Below are positions 18,162 to 28,810 of a stretch of DNA of 64,000 nt, piece by piece (within the stretch, counting starts at the first letter, position 1; each line of letters begins with the position of its first letter). The position numbers were made by a program, and so were the translations under genes. The DNA lies in NCBI GenBank assembly GCA_963756595.1, contig CAVWOZ010000057.1, positions 24,707 to 88,706 on the forward strand. The letters run 5' to 3'. Origin of the DNA: an uncultured Acidobacteriota bacterium. Its GTDB lineage: Bacteria; Acidobacteriota; Thermoanaerobaculia; Multivoradales; UBA5704. The notes beneath the pieces are model-generated. The model was given only the letters and a program-made list of their open reading frames with translations. It did no database searches and had not been told where the DNA came from.

Positions 18162-19803
18162 GCCAGAAGACATGGTGCCTCGCCCTCCCCCTCCTGCTGC
18201 TCTGCGCCGGCGCCGCGCTGGCCCAGCCGCCGCAATCTTCGCAGCCATCGGAAAACTCCCAACGCCGCTCGGCCTCCATCGTCCGACGAGGCCCCCGAGG
18301 CGATGGACCGGCCGCGTTCTCGGCGGGGAGGGCCCCTCGAGCAAGGCCGAGCGGGCCGAGAAAGCCCGCCGCCGCTGAAGGCTGAGGACAAGCTGCGTCA
18401 CCACCCAGCACCACGCGATGATCGGCGGCCAGGACATCCGCTACACGGCCACCGCCGGCACCCTGATCCTGCGCGACGAGGACGGCAAGCCGCAGGCGTC
18501 GATCTTCTTCACCGCCTACACCCGCGACGGCGTCAAGGAGATGGGGAAGCGGCCGATCACCTACACCTTCAACGGCGGCCCGGGCTCCTCGTCGGTCTGG
18601 CTCCACCTCGGCGCCTTCGGTCCGCGCAAGGTGGTGCTGGAGGACGAGGGGTGGGCGCCGCCCCCGCCATACCGCATGGCGGACAACGGCGAGTCGCTGC
18701 TCGACGTCACCGACCTGGTGTTCATCGATCCGGTGACCACCGGCTACAGCCGGGCCATCCCGGGGAAGGACGCCCGCAACTTCTACGGCGTCACCGAGGA
18801 CGCGGAGGCGGTCGGCGAGTTCATCCGCCTCTACACCACCCGCTTCCACCGCTGGTCGCTCCCCGAAGTTCCTGGCCGGCGAGAGCTACGGCACCACCCG
18901 CGCCGCGCGGCTCTCCAACTACCTCCAGCAGAAGCACGGGATCTACCTCAACGGCATCGTGCTCCTCTCCTCGATCCTCAACTTCCAGACCGCCAGCTTC
19001 GCGGTGGGCAACGACCTGCCGTATCCCCTCTTCCTGCCGACCTACACGGCGATCGCCTGGTACCACAAGAAGCTGCCGGCGGACCTCCAGGCGGGGAGCG
19101 TGCAGAAGGCGGTCGAGGAATCGAAGAAGTTCGCCGCGGGGGAGTACACGCTGGCCCTGATGCGCGGCAGCCAGCTCTCGCCGCAGGAGTGGAACGACGT
19201 CGCCGCCAAGGTCGCGCGCTACACCGGCCTCTCGGTCGACTTCGTGAAGCAGGCCAACCTGCGCCCCGAGATCCAAGCCTTCGACAAGGAGCTGCTGCGC
19301 GACCAGCGGCTCACCGTGGGGCGCCTCGACGGCCGCTTCAAGGGGCGGGACCGCGACGCCACCGGCGGGCGGGACGAGTTCGATCCCAGCAACGCCGCGA
19401 TCACCGGGCCGTTCACGGCGACGTTCAACGACTACGTGCGTCAGGACCTCGGCTTCAAGAGCGACCTCCCCTACGAGATCCTCACCGACCGCGTGCGGCC
19501 GTGGAACTACAGCCGCGGAACAGCTACCTGAACGTGGCCGAGGACCTGCGCACGGCGATGAGCCAGAACCCGGCGCTCAAGGTCTTCGTCGCCTGCGGCT
19601 ACTACGACCTCGCGACCCCGCTCTTCGCCGCCGAGTACACCTTCAACCACCTCGGCTTCGAGCCCGACTACGCGCAGCGGATCGGCCTCCACTACTACGA
19701 GGCCGGGCACATGATGTACGTCCGCCGCGCCGACCACCAGCAGCTGAAGAAGGACATCGCGGCATTCATCACCTCGGGAGGCGAGCGGGGGGAGCGGCAA
19801 CTA
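18160..19803 (+). CDS. Peptidase S10 (serine carboxypeptidase) family protein, secreted, with multiple frameshifts.
   Basis: Signal peptide [23 protein letters not shown]. Motifs FNGGPGSSS, GESYGTT (Ser nucleophile), ...YEAGHMMY (His). Must be read across three or more frames (18160, 18418, 18959). Confidence 0.6.
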
Positions 19804-19859
19804 GCCGTCGGATATGCTCCCGCGAGATGCCCATGCCGCTTGGAGAGTCAGCGCCGGCC

Positions 19860-20878
19860 GATGACGCGGGGGGCGCCGGGTCCCCGCCGTCTTCAGGGGC
19901 GACGCGTGGTCCTGCTCGGAGGGCTCGGCTTCCTCGGCCTCAACCTCGTCCCGGAGCTGCTGGACGCCGGGGCCCGGGTGGAGATCGTCAGCCGCTCGCT
20001 CGATCCGCTGGCGCTCTCCTGGCTCGCCCGCCAGGCCGGCGGCTCCCCGGTCGCCGTGCACTTGGGCGACATCCGCGACGCCGAGAAGCTCCCGGTCTGG
20101 CTGCAGGACGCCGACCTGGTGATCAACCTGGCGGGTGAGTCGGGGGCGGTCAAGAGCGCGCGCGACGCGCTGACCGGCCGAGGTCAACGTCGGCGGCCAC
20201 CTCGCCGTGCTGGAGGCGCTGCGGGAGCGCCGCGGCCCGCGCGGGTGGTCTTCATCTCCAGCCGGCTGGTCTACGGCGTGACCGGCTCGGACCCGGTGGA
20301 CGAGGCGCATCCGGTGCGCCCCACCAGCCTGTACGGCCTCCACAAGCTGACCGTGGAGCACTACCACCGTCTCTACTGGGAGCACTTCGGAATCCCCTCT
20401 ACGGTCCTGCGGCTGACCAATCCGTACGGGCCCTTCCAGCTTCCCGACCGGCGGGAGCACGGCATCGTGAACCCTTTCGTCCTCGCCGCTCTGGTGGGGA
20501 GACCATCACCCTCTTCGGCGGCGGGCGGGAGTGCGGGACTACCTGCATGTCTCCGACGTTACGGCGGCGATCCTCGCTGCGCGACGGCGGGAGGCCGTGG
20601 GGAGACCCTCAACGTCGGCTCCGGGGTCTCGGTGAGCCTCCGCGAGGTGGCCCGCCGGATCGTCGAGATCGCCGGCTCCGGCGAGGTCGCGCCGGCCCCT
20701 GGCCCGCGGGGTTCCAGCGGATCGAAACCGGCGATTTCCTCTGCGACATCGGGCGTATCGCGCGCCTCCTCGGCTGGCAGCCGATGACCGACCTCGAGAC
20801 GGGGCTGCGGAGAACGGTCGCGGGTTACCGGGGGCCTCGCCGCGAGGACTGTCCGGTCGTGATCGGCGGCGCGCGATG
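19860..20878 (+). CDS. NAD-dependent epimerase/dehydratase (SDR family), heavily frameshifted.
   Basis: Rossmann motif VVLLGGLGFLG. Catalytic YxxxK in SLYGLHKLTVEHY. The C-terminus ...RIARLLGWQPMTDLETGLRRTVAGYRG. Five or more frame changes. Confidence 0.6.
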
Positions 20879-21069
20879 AAGATCGCCGATCGCTGGCGCG
20901 CCTGCTGCGCCGTGAAACGCTCTCGCCGGCTCTGATGCCGCTGATACCTGTCCGCGCTGATGCCGTCCGGCGAGCCGATCTTCCTCCACCGGCCCACGGC
21001 CACCCTGCCACGGCATCACCCCCGAGGTCTTCCGGGGTTTCCATCAGCTGTCGCGCCCCGTAATCGGAG

Positions 21070-21660
21070 ACCCTGGCGCAGCCGCTATGGGGTCCCGCCG
21101 GACGTAACCTTCGTCGCATATCACAACTACAAGCACGAGTGCCTGATCGAGAGGCGTTACGAAGCCTATGGGATCCGGGACTACGTCGTGTTCGGAAGAG
21201 AGGTCGCGGCGTGGAGTGGGGGCGAAGATCACCCTCGTCCTGGACTATCTGGAGTCCGGCGCCTGCGCCACCCGCTACCTGCTCTGCACGGACGCGGACG
21301 ACGTGCTGATGATCCGCGACCGGCGTCGCTGCTCGACCGCTTTCGCTCCTACTCGTGCGACCTGTTGTTCTGCAACACCTTCATCACTACCCGCCGGACA
21401 AGGGCTGCCGCGACTTCGAGACCCTGAAGCCTACACCATCGGCTCCATGGCCGGCTCAGCGCCGGTGCCTACCTGGCGGAAAAGGAGGCGCTGGCGGGCG
21501 GCCTGCGGGAGCTGGCGGACGCCTACCACCAGAACGCGCCGTGGGCGCTCGAGAACGGCGCGTTCGTGGACCAGCTGGGCCGGCGGGTCCACCACGCCGG
21601 GACTATCCCAAGATCGAGGTCGACTACCGGAGCCTGGTCTTCAAGCGCTACGACGTGTTC
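21070..21660 (+). pseudogene. Possible glycosyltransferase-like gene remnant, multiply frameshifted.
   Basis: The fragments ...TFVAYHNYKHECLIERRYEAYGIRDYVVFGREV..., ...KITLVLDYLESGACATRYLLCTDADDVLMIRD... (DxD-like) and ...DYPKIEVDYRSLVFKRYDVFREVVDRGQYQP lie in three frames. Partly overlaps the opposite-strand FkbM gene end. Confidence 0.25.
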
Positions 21661-21680
21661 CGGGAGGTCGTGGATAGGGG

Positions 21681-22489
21681 TCAGTACCAACCCGTCACCC
21701 GGACTCGGCCGGCGAGGGCCGCCCGTAGCGCCTCGTGCCGCTCCCGGCTCAGCGTCTCGTTCATCTGCCAGTGGAACTCGACGATCAGCTCCTTGACATA
21801 GTCATGGTGCCGTCCGCCAGCATTTTTCAAGGATGGCATGCTCCGCCCCCTCGATATCCATCTTCACGACCAGGTGGTCGTGCCGGTTGAACTTCGCCGA
21901 ACCCAGCGGCTGAAATCGATGCACTTGACGGTGAAGGGGCGGGAGTAATCGACCTTGGCAGCATTGCGGGTATGGTCCGCCAGCAGCGTCGAGCCTCCCT
22001 TGCGGTTCGGTCCCCATGCGGTGGCGAGTAGAAGTCCATCGTGCCGTCGTACACCCACACCGCCTGGGCCAAGAAACGGATCGCGACCCCGGGGTGCCGC
22101 CGACGGGCCTCCTCGACAAAGCCGGCGAGCTCGGGTTGCGGCTCAAAAGCAAAAAACTCGCTCTCCAGCCCACGCTCGATCCGCTCCCCGAGAACCTTGC
22201 AGGTATCGCTTCCGCAGTCCACGAAAATCCTGCGCGGCGCGCGCCGGACCCTTCGCCACAGGTTTGAGAAGAGGTCGCGCAGTCTGAAATGGGTCACGGG
22301 CCGGGCGGTAACGAAACCCTCAGCTCCGGCGACTATATACGATGGCGGCATCGCCCAAGGGCTGTTCCCGACGTCTCTTGACGGGCTCTGAACCAGGGGG
22401 TAGTGAGGGCGTTCCTGAACAGTCGAGGTGGAACAGGACCCGTATTCCAGGAGGAGAATTGCGATGAACAAGAAAAAGCTGACTTCCAT
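21681..22489 (-). CDS. FkbM-family SAM-dependent methyltransferase, with two or more frameshifts.
   Basis: IFVDCGSDTCKVLGERIERGLESEFFAFEPQPELAGFV...AIRFLAQAVWVYDGTMDFYS. After the frame changes come ...VVKMDIEGAEHAILEK... and the C-terminus ...DYVKELIVEFHWQMNETLSREHEALRAALAGRVRVTGWY*. Confidence 0.6.
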
Positions 22490-23334
22490 GCGTTGACCGC
22501 GCTCATCCTTTTCGTGACCTGTAGAGCCCTGGCCCATGCGCAGGCGACCCGCACCTGGGTCTCCGAAGTGGGCGACGAGCAAACCGTGCAGCCGCACGGC
22601 GCCCTGCAAGACGTTCGCGGCGCCATCTCGAAGACCGTCCGGAGGGCGAGATCACCGTCCTCGATCCGGGCGGCTTCGGAGCGGTCACGATCACCAAGTC
22701 GATCACTATCTCCTCCGAAGGCTTCGAGGCCGGCGTGCTGGTCTCGGGTACCAACGGCATGATCGTCAACGCGCGATGCCTCCGAATCGTGGTGCTGCGC
22801 GGCCTCGACATCGAAGGGCTCGGGACCGGCCTGAGCGGTATCCGGGTCCTCACCCTCGGCTCGTGTTCGTCAGAAGTGCACCATCAACGACTTCACCGAC
22901 TCCGGGATCAACTTCGCACCGACCGCCGCCAGCAGCCAGGTCTACGTCAGCGATACGATCGTTCGCAACAACGGAACGTCAGGGCAACGGGGCGGACTTC
23001 GTCCATCCGGGCACGGCCAAGGTGAGCTTCGTACAACGTCCGGATCGAGAATAACGTCGTCGGCCTCAAGGCTCAGGGCTCTACACGACGGTGAACGACA
23101 GCTTCGCCGCGGGGAACGGATTCGCCGGCTTCTCGGCCGCTGGCGTCCCCCCTTTGAACGTCGAGCGCAGCGTCTCGAGCAGAAACGGAACGGGGGTGAT
23201 GTGCAACGGTGGCACGATAGTCCGCCTGGGCAACAAGAGCATCACCGACAACCCGACCGCCACCCGGGGGCACGGGCACCTGCTAGTCGTTCAAGACAAC
23301 GACATCGACATCGCCGTCACCGTCACCGCATTAA
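22465..23334 (+). CDS. Secreted right-handed beta-helix (pectate-lyase-like fold) protein, multiply frameshifted.
   Basis: Signal MNKKKLTSM..TALILFVTCRALAHA. Repeated beta-helix rungs ...ITISSEGFEAGVLVSGTNGMIVNA..., ...VRNNGT.GNGADFVHPGTA..., ...IENNVVGLKAQG..., ...NDSFAAGNGFAGFSAAG..., ...GVMCNGGTIVRLGNKSITDN... Confidence 0.5.
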
Positions 23335-23371
23335 TTTGCAGGAGGGTCTTGCAGCTTGAGCCGTCGCCGCG

Positions 23372-23403
23372 AGGGCGGGCGCATCGCGCCGGCCTTTTTT
23401 CGG
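23372..23403 (+). terminator. Rho-independent terminator.
   Basis: ggcgc-atc-gcgcc stem, then ggccTTTTTTcgg. Confidence 0.55.
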
Positions 23404-23429
23404 TGATCTGCGCACCGCATCGCCCTGCG

Positions 23430-24095
23430 GACTCGCCCACTCCCATTCCGGACATGCCTCACCGCAATGCACCCCAGGTCCACGCGGTCGGCCCGGAGCC
23501 GGCGGCTCACTGCGATCGATTTTGTGAACGCAGAGAACCTCGGCCTCCGCGACCTCTGCGCCAGCGACGCGCTCGACGTCGGGTGCGGGGTCCGTCTTCA
23601 CCCAGGCGATCCTCAATCGCGGCATCCCGATCCGGAGCTGCACCCCAGTGGACGTCTCACCGGCCGCTCATCGAAGACCTGAAGCGCCAGGTCGACGATC
23701 CGCGCGCTTCCTTGTTCGCGCACCGCGCCGCCCCCACACACCTCGGACAACCTGGCGGGGGACGAACACTACTGCGGCATCGGCGAGCTGCCCGTCGAGG
23801 GCACGTTCCACGTCCTCGGGCTGTTCTCGGTGTTCACCCACCTCGAACTCCGTCCGACGCCGATGCCCTGCTCGCCATCCTGCGCCGGCACGCGCGGCCT
23901 GACGGCGCGCTGTTCTTCTGGGCCTTCCTCGACCAGGACGGCACGATCGACGTTTCCAGGACCGGTCCCCCGCCTATCCGCTCTCCTGCGCGTGCTATTC
24001 CGAGCGTCACCTGCGCGAGCTCGTGGCGGCGAACGGCTGGAGCATCTCCCGTTCGAGCCTGCGAAGCCCCGAGCACTTCATTCAGCATCACCTCG
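23430..24095 (+). CDS. Class I SAM-dependent methyltransferase, frameshifted.
   Basis: Motif I ...DALDVGCGV.... The post-II region ...GLFSVFTHLELRPTPMP.LAILRRHARPDGALFFWAFLDQDGTID... lies in different frames. Confidence 0.4.
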
Positions 24096-24794
24096 CTCCG
24101 CCGTCCGCGCAGGCCGGCTCGCCGGCTCCCCGGCCCCGCCGATCACCACCACCAGCTCCCCCTTAATCGAAGGGCGTCCGGAGAGCTCCGCCAGCAGGGT
24201 GGAGAGGGCGCCGCGCAGCATCTCCCCGCGGAGCTGGTCAGCTCGCGGGCGACGGCGGCGGGGCGGTCTCCCAGCTCTTCGCGGGCGTCGGCGAGGCTCG
24301 CCAGCAGGCGGTGGGGGGACTCGAAGAGGATCAGCCAGAGGGCGAGCCGGCCCAGCCGCGTAGAAGGTCCGCCGCTTCCCCGTCTTCGGCGGCGGGAAGC
24401 CAGCGAAGGTGAAGGGGTAGGGGGGGAGGCCGGAGGCGACCAGGGCGGCGACGGGGGCGGCGGGGCCGGGGATCGGCTCGACCCGCGCTCCCGCGGCGAC
24501 CGCCTCGCGCACCAGCACGAGCGGGGTCGGAGAGGAGGGGGGCGCCGGCGTCGCTCGCCAGCGTGATCGCTTCCCCTCGCCAGCTCGCCGAGCAGGCGGG
24601 GGAGGCGCTGGCGCTCGTTGTGCTCGTGGAAGGAGACGAGCGGCTTCTTTATCCCCAGGTGGGAGAGCAGCCGGCCGAAGTGCTGGGAGTCCTTCAGGCC
24701 ACCAGGTCGGCCGACTCGAAGGCGGCGCGGCGCGCGGCGACAGATCGTCGAGGTCGCCGATCGGGGTGGCGACGATCAGGAGCAGGCCGGGCAT
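24078..24794 (-). CDS. rsmI: 16S rRNA (cytidine1402-2'-O)-methyltransferase RsmI, frameshifted.
   Basis: MPGLLLIVATPIGDLDDLSPRAA..., ...REAVAAGARVEPIPGPAAPVAALVASGLPPYPFTFAGF.PPKTGKRR..., ...ELTKLRGEMLRGALSTLLAELSGRPSIKGELVVVIGG. Confidence 0.6.
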   Translation of the reverse strand: MPGLLLIVATPIGDLDDLSPRAAPPSSRPTWWPEGLPALRPAALPPGDKEAARLLPRAQRAPAPPPPARRAGEGKRSRWRATPAPPSSPTPLVLVREAVAAGARVEPIPGPAAPVAALVASGLPPYPFTFAGFPPPKTGKRRTFYAAGPARPLADPLRVPPPPAGEPRRRPRRAGRPPRRRRPRADQLRGEMLRGALSTLLAELSGRPSIKGELVVVIGGAGEPASRPARTAERGDAE

Positions 24795-24838
24795 GGTGCA
24801 TGGTGTCTTTCCGAAAGCGGGGCGACGCCAGCATGGAG

Positions 24839-25675
24839 GCATGAATACCGGCTCGCCCGCCCCGCTCGCTCGCCGCCCTCCTCCTGGCGGGCTTCCCCGC
24901 CGCCGCGCATACCCCGCCAAAACCCGTTCCAAGGTGCAGAAGCGGCCGCGAAGGCGCCGGCCGCCGCCGCTGCCACGGCCGCCGCCCGCCGCAGCCCAGA
25001 GACGCTCAAGGACCGGGTGCTCGCCGTGGTGGACGACGATCCGATCCTCGGCTCCGACGTCGAGCGGGTCGTCCGGCTCGGGCTCGAGACGCCGAAGGCC
25101 GGGGAGGCCCCCGCCGTCTTCCGCCGCCGGGTGCTCGACGAGCTGATCGAGCAGCGGCTGCAGTTTCACGAGATCGACCGCTTCGGCTTCGAGCAGGTGC
25201 CGGTCGACGAGATCCAGCGGCGGGTGGCCGCCATCCGCGCCCGCTTCCCCGACGAGGCGGCGTTCCAGAAGGCCCGAGGAAGTCGGGCTCGACCCCAAGG
25301 GGCTGCGCCAGCTCGTCACTCCGCCAGCTCCTGGTGCTCACCTACGTCGACGAGCGCCTCGGCCCCAGCGTCTTCGTCACGCCGGACGACGTCAACCGCT
25401 ACTACCGCGCCGTGCTGATCCCCGAGATGCAGAAGCGCGGGCAGCCGGCGCCGCCGCTCGACCAGGTGCGCGAGGACATCGCGAGCACTGAAGCAGCAGA
25501 AGATGACGGCGCAGATGGAGAGCTGGACCAAGGGGCTGCCGAGAAGGCGGACGTCCTCCTCTACAGCGCCGACGCGCCGGGCGGCCAGCCGCTGCCGCCA
25601 GTCGTGAAGACGCTGCGGACTCCCGCCAAGAAGGACGCCCCCAAGAAGGACGCCGCCAGGAAGCCGCCGGTCTAG
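24839..25675 (+). CDS. SurA N-terminal-domain periplasmic chaperone-like protein, with two or more frameshifts.
   Basis: ...LKDRVLAVVDDDPILGSDVERVVRLGLE...FRRRVLDELIEQRLQFHEIDRFGFEQVPVDEIQRRVAAIRARFPDEAAFQKA..., then ...QLLVLTYVDERLGPSVFVTPDDVNRYYRAVLIPEM... Lys-rich C-terminus. Confidence 0.5.
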
Positions 25676-25832
25676 AGAGCCCGCGGGTCCGCACCGACCT
25701 GTCGTCCTTTCGATCCCTTCCCGCTCTCCCCTTGTCCGTTTCTCTTGTCCCGTTTCTCTTGCGAGCTGAACCAAGTCTTGTAGAAAGGGGTATGCTGAAA
25801 CATCTCTCATGCAAGAAACCAGCGCCGAGCTT

Positions 25833-26690
25833 CTAGCTCGCCTCCGGCCAGCTCTGGAGGAGATCTTCGCCGCCTATGGGATCTCCGGGGAGCAGGCGCG
25901 CCATATCCTCGAGGAGAGCGTGCTCCTGCTGATCAGCAAGCAATGGGACCGGCAGAACCCGGAGCGCTGGCTTCTGCGGATGGTGTCGAACGCTGCCGCG
26001 AGGCGACGCGGCTCTAGCCCCTGCCCGCGAAGCTCCGCGGAAATCCGTGCTCGAGCCGCAGCCCCGCGAAGGTGTCGCGCAGGAACGTCTCCGGCCGCTT
26101 CGGCAGCTTCCAAGACCTCGGAGGCTCACCCGCTCGATCCGCTCTGCCATCTCCAGGCTCTCCGTCAGCTCCACGTCGTAGATCCCGGCCTCGCGAGCGG
26201 CCTCGAGGAGGAGGCGCAGCTCCGCTTCCAGCCGATGGCGGGGGTGGAGCGGCCCGGGCGGGGTGACGGGGGTCAGCTTGAGGACGGTGGCGATTCCCTC
26301 GGCCGTCAGGCTCTGCGCCGCCCGCAGGCGCGGACCCGGATCGAGCACCGAGGGGAGGGGTACGATCAGCCGCACCGTCACCGCGTGGCGACGGTCGAGC
26401 TCGGTCAGCAGCTCGATCTCCCCCAGGATGCGGGGCGAGGCGGTGGTGATCGCGATCTCCAGCCCGTCCGCGAACGGCAGCAGCTGGCGCAGGGGGCTCT
26501 CGTCCCCGCTGTTGCCATGGGTCGTCGACGGCTCGTAGGGCGCCGCCACGGTGCCGAGCACGATGGGAGCGCGACGGAGGGCGGCGCGTTTGACGCTGCG
26601 TTCCTGGCCGCGGGCGATCGCCTCCGCGGGGTCGGAGCGGAGGCTCGGAGAGAGGACGAAGAGGAGTGGGAACGTCGCTTGGCGAATCAT
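25833..26690 (-). CDS. COG1533 (SplB-like radical SAM 'DNA repair photolyase') homologue, but missing the N-terminal CxxxCxxC region. Has its own sigma70-like promoter.
   Basis: ...PIVLGTVAAPYEPST.....LEIAITTASPRILGEIELLTELDRRHAVTVRLIV...PRLRAAQSLTAEGIATVLKLTPVTPPGPLHPRHRLEAELRLLLEAAREAGI matches the TIM-barrel core of the family. No Cys triad. TTGACA-17-TAAAAA sits upstream of the ATG. The C-terminal ~80 aa may be out of frame. Confidence 0.45.
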   Translation of the reverse strand: MIRQATFPLLFVLSPSLRSDPAEAIARGQERSVKRAALRRAPIVLGTVAAPYEPSTTHGNSGDESPLRQLLPFADGLEIAITTASPRILGEIELLTELDRRHAVTVRLIVPLPSVLDPGPRLRAAQSLTAEGIATVLKLTPVTPPGPLHPRHRLEAELRLLLEAAREAGIYDVELTESLEMAERIERVSLRGLGSCRSGRRRSCATPSRGCGSSTDFRGASRAGARAASPRGSVRHHPQKPALRVLPVPLLADQQEHALLEDMARLLPGDPIGGEDLLQSWPEAS

Positions 26691-26777
26691 GTTACGCTCT
26701 TTTTACGCCGATCCGCCGCCGCTGTCAAGAGGCAATTTCCGCTCCACTCTCGCCCCGACACCGCCTAGACTACACCG

Positions 26778-27865
26778 ATGGATTTTCACCGGGAAGCCTT
26801 CGTCCTCGACGCCCACACCGACGCTCCCACCCGTCTCTGGGAAGAGCCGGCGGATCTCGCCGAGCGGCGGACCGACCGCCACATCGACCTGCCGCGCCTG
26901 CGCGAGGGGGGCGTCGACGCCGTGGTCTTCGCCCTCGACGTCCCCGCGTCGATGGACCCCGAGCGGGGGTGGGCGCACGCCCAGGAGCTCTACCGCCTCT
27001 CGACCGCGGCGTTGATCCCGGGCGAGCTCGTCAGGCGGCGACCGCCCACGACCTCGAGGCGGCGGCGCGCCGCGGCGAGGTGGCGGTGCTCTTCGGGCTC
27101 GAGAACGGCCGGCCGCTGACGGTGCCTGGGGCGGTCGACGACCTGGTGAAGATGGGGGTGCGCTACGTCACCCTCACCCACTGGTCGTCCCACGAATGGT
27201 GCGACGCCTCGACCGACGAGCCGCGCCACGGCGGCCTCTCGCCCGAGGGGGAGCGGATCGTCTGGAAGCTGGGGAAGCTCGGCATCCTCCCCGACGTCTC
27301 GCACGTCTCGGACGACGCCGTCCGTCACACCCTGGAGGCCGCCTCCGGCCCGGTGATCGCGAGCCACAGCTCCGCCCGCGCCCTCTGCGACCACCCGCGC
27401 AACCTGCCGGACGACCTCATCCGCGAGATCGCCCGCTCCGGCGGCCTGGTGATGGCCAACAGCTACCCCGCCTTCGGGGCCCCGAGCCTCCCGCGCCGAC
27501 GCCCGCCGCGGCGACGAGATCAAGGAGGCGATGCGGGAGATGGAGGAGGAGTACTTCCGCGACCCGCACAAGCTCTGGAAGGAGAGGCACCGCCTGGTCG
27601 CCGACCGCCCCTGCCGCCGGTCCCCCTCTCCCTCTTCGTGGACCACATCGTCCACCTGATCGAGAAGGCCGGAGAGGAGCACGTCGGCATCGGCACCGAC
27701 TTCGACGGCATCCCGGACGTCCTCGAAGGACTCGAGGACATCTCGAAGTTCCCCGCCCTCACCACCGCCCTCCTCGACCACGGCGTCGACAAGGCCGGAG
27801 TGAAGCTCATCCTCGGCGGCAACTTCCTGCGCGTGCTGGCGGAGGCGGAGCGGGTGGCGGGGTAG
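26778..27865 (+). CDS. Membrane dipeptidase (peptidase family M19), frameshifted.
   Basis: FVLDAHTDAP...GGVDAVVFAL..., ...VRYVTLTHWSSHEWCDAS..., ...ILPDVSHVSDDAVRHTLE...VIASHSSARALCDHPRNLPDDLIREIARSGGLV..., ...HVGIGTDFDGIPDVLEGLEDISKFPALT... Confidence 0.7.
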
Positions 27866-27889
27866 GGGGCGGGATATTCTGTAGCTGCC

Positions 27890-28540
27890 ATGCTGACCCC
27901 GCTCCTCGATACGCTGCCGCCCTCCCAGCGCCGGCTCTGGAGCGAGCTGGCAGCCGTTCCTCCCGATTTCGTGCTCTACGGCGGCACCGCCCTGGCTCTC
28001 CGGCTGGGGCACCGGACCTCGGAAGACTTCGATTTCTTCTCCAACCAAAGCTTTCAGCCGGACGACCTGGAGCGGAGAATCCCCTTTCTCGCCGGCTCCC
28101 TCGCCTCCAGTCCTCGCCCAACACCCTGGTTTCGCGGGTCGAGCGGAGCGGCCAGTCAAGGTCTCCTTCTTCGGCGGGCTGACGTTGCGACGAGTTCAGG
28201 ACCCGAGAGGGTGGAGGGGCCCGGGTTTCCCGTGGCTTCGTTGCTGGATTTGGCGGCTACCAAGGTCAAGGCCGTTCAGGATCGCGCCGAGGCCAAGGAC
28301 TACATCGACCTGAGCCGGCTACTGGAAGAGGGGGTCGATCTCGCGGGGGCTCTGGGCGCGGCGCGTACCGTCTATGGGCAGGCCTTCAATCCCATTCTCA
28401 GCCTCAAGGCGCTGAGTTACTTCGCGGACGGTGATCTTTCATCGCTTTCCAGTAGCGTTCGATCGCGGTTGACCGGAGCCGTCCGCAGGTCGATCCCGAT
28501 CGCCTCCCCAATTCCGAACCGTGCCCGGGAGGCATCGCGT
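27890..28540 (+). CDS. Nucleotidyltransferase of the AbiEii/AbiGii toxin family (DUF1814). Frameshifted; the 3' end is uncertain.
   Basis: LWSELAAVPPDFVLYGGTALALRLGHRTSEDFDFFS... carries the NTase motif. ...VASLLDLAATKVKAVQDRAEAKDYIDLSRLLEEGVDLAGA... is the typical C-terminal helix of the family. Confidence 0.6.
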
Positions 28541-28541
28541 C

Positions 28542-28810
28542 ATGACCGACTTGGAGACCGTGGCCAAGCGGCTGTTCTGGTGGAAGACGCCGGCCGAGGC
28601 TCTCGAGGATTCGAACCGTTTTTTGGCCCAGGTGATGACCTACGGGACGATCGAGGATCTGGCGGTGGTCAACGGGAGTTTCCGGAGAGCGCTCTGCGGG
28701 AGGTGCTCGCGAATCCCCCCGCGGGCGTCTTCGATCCGCGATCCTGGAGTTACTGGCACGTACGCTTCGGCCTTGAGCCGGGGGAGTTGCCGAGACGGAC
28801 ACTGCCCTGA
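28542..28810 (+). CDS. Small protein (~89 aa) downstream of and overlapping the AbiEii-like gene. Putative partner, with a frameshift near 28680.
   Basis: GGGAGG RBS 10 nt upstream of ATG 28542. MTDLETVAKRLFWWKTPAEALEDSNRFLAQVMTYGTIEDLAVVNG. continues as .FPESALREVLANPPAGVFDPRSWSYWHVRFGLEPGELPRRTLP*. Confidence 0.4.

Noticed and set aside
25809-26030. Small plus-strand ORF (sigma-factor-region-4-like LLLISKQWDRQNPERWLLRMVSN) overlapping the 3' end of the COG1533-like gene.
   Set aside because: It conflicts with the minus-strand ORF. Neither frame has decisive support. The region is left unresolved rather than called.
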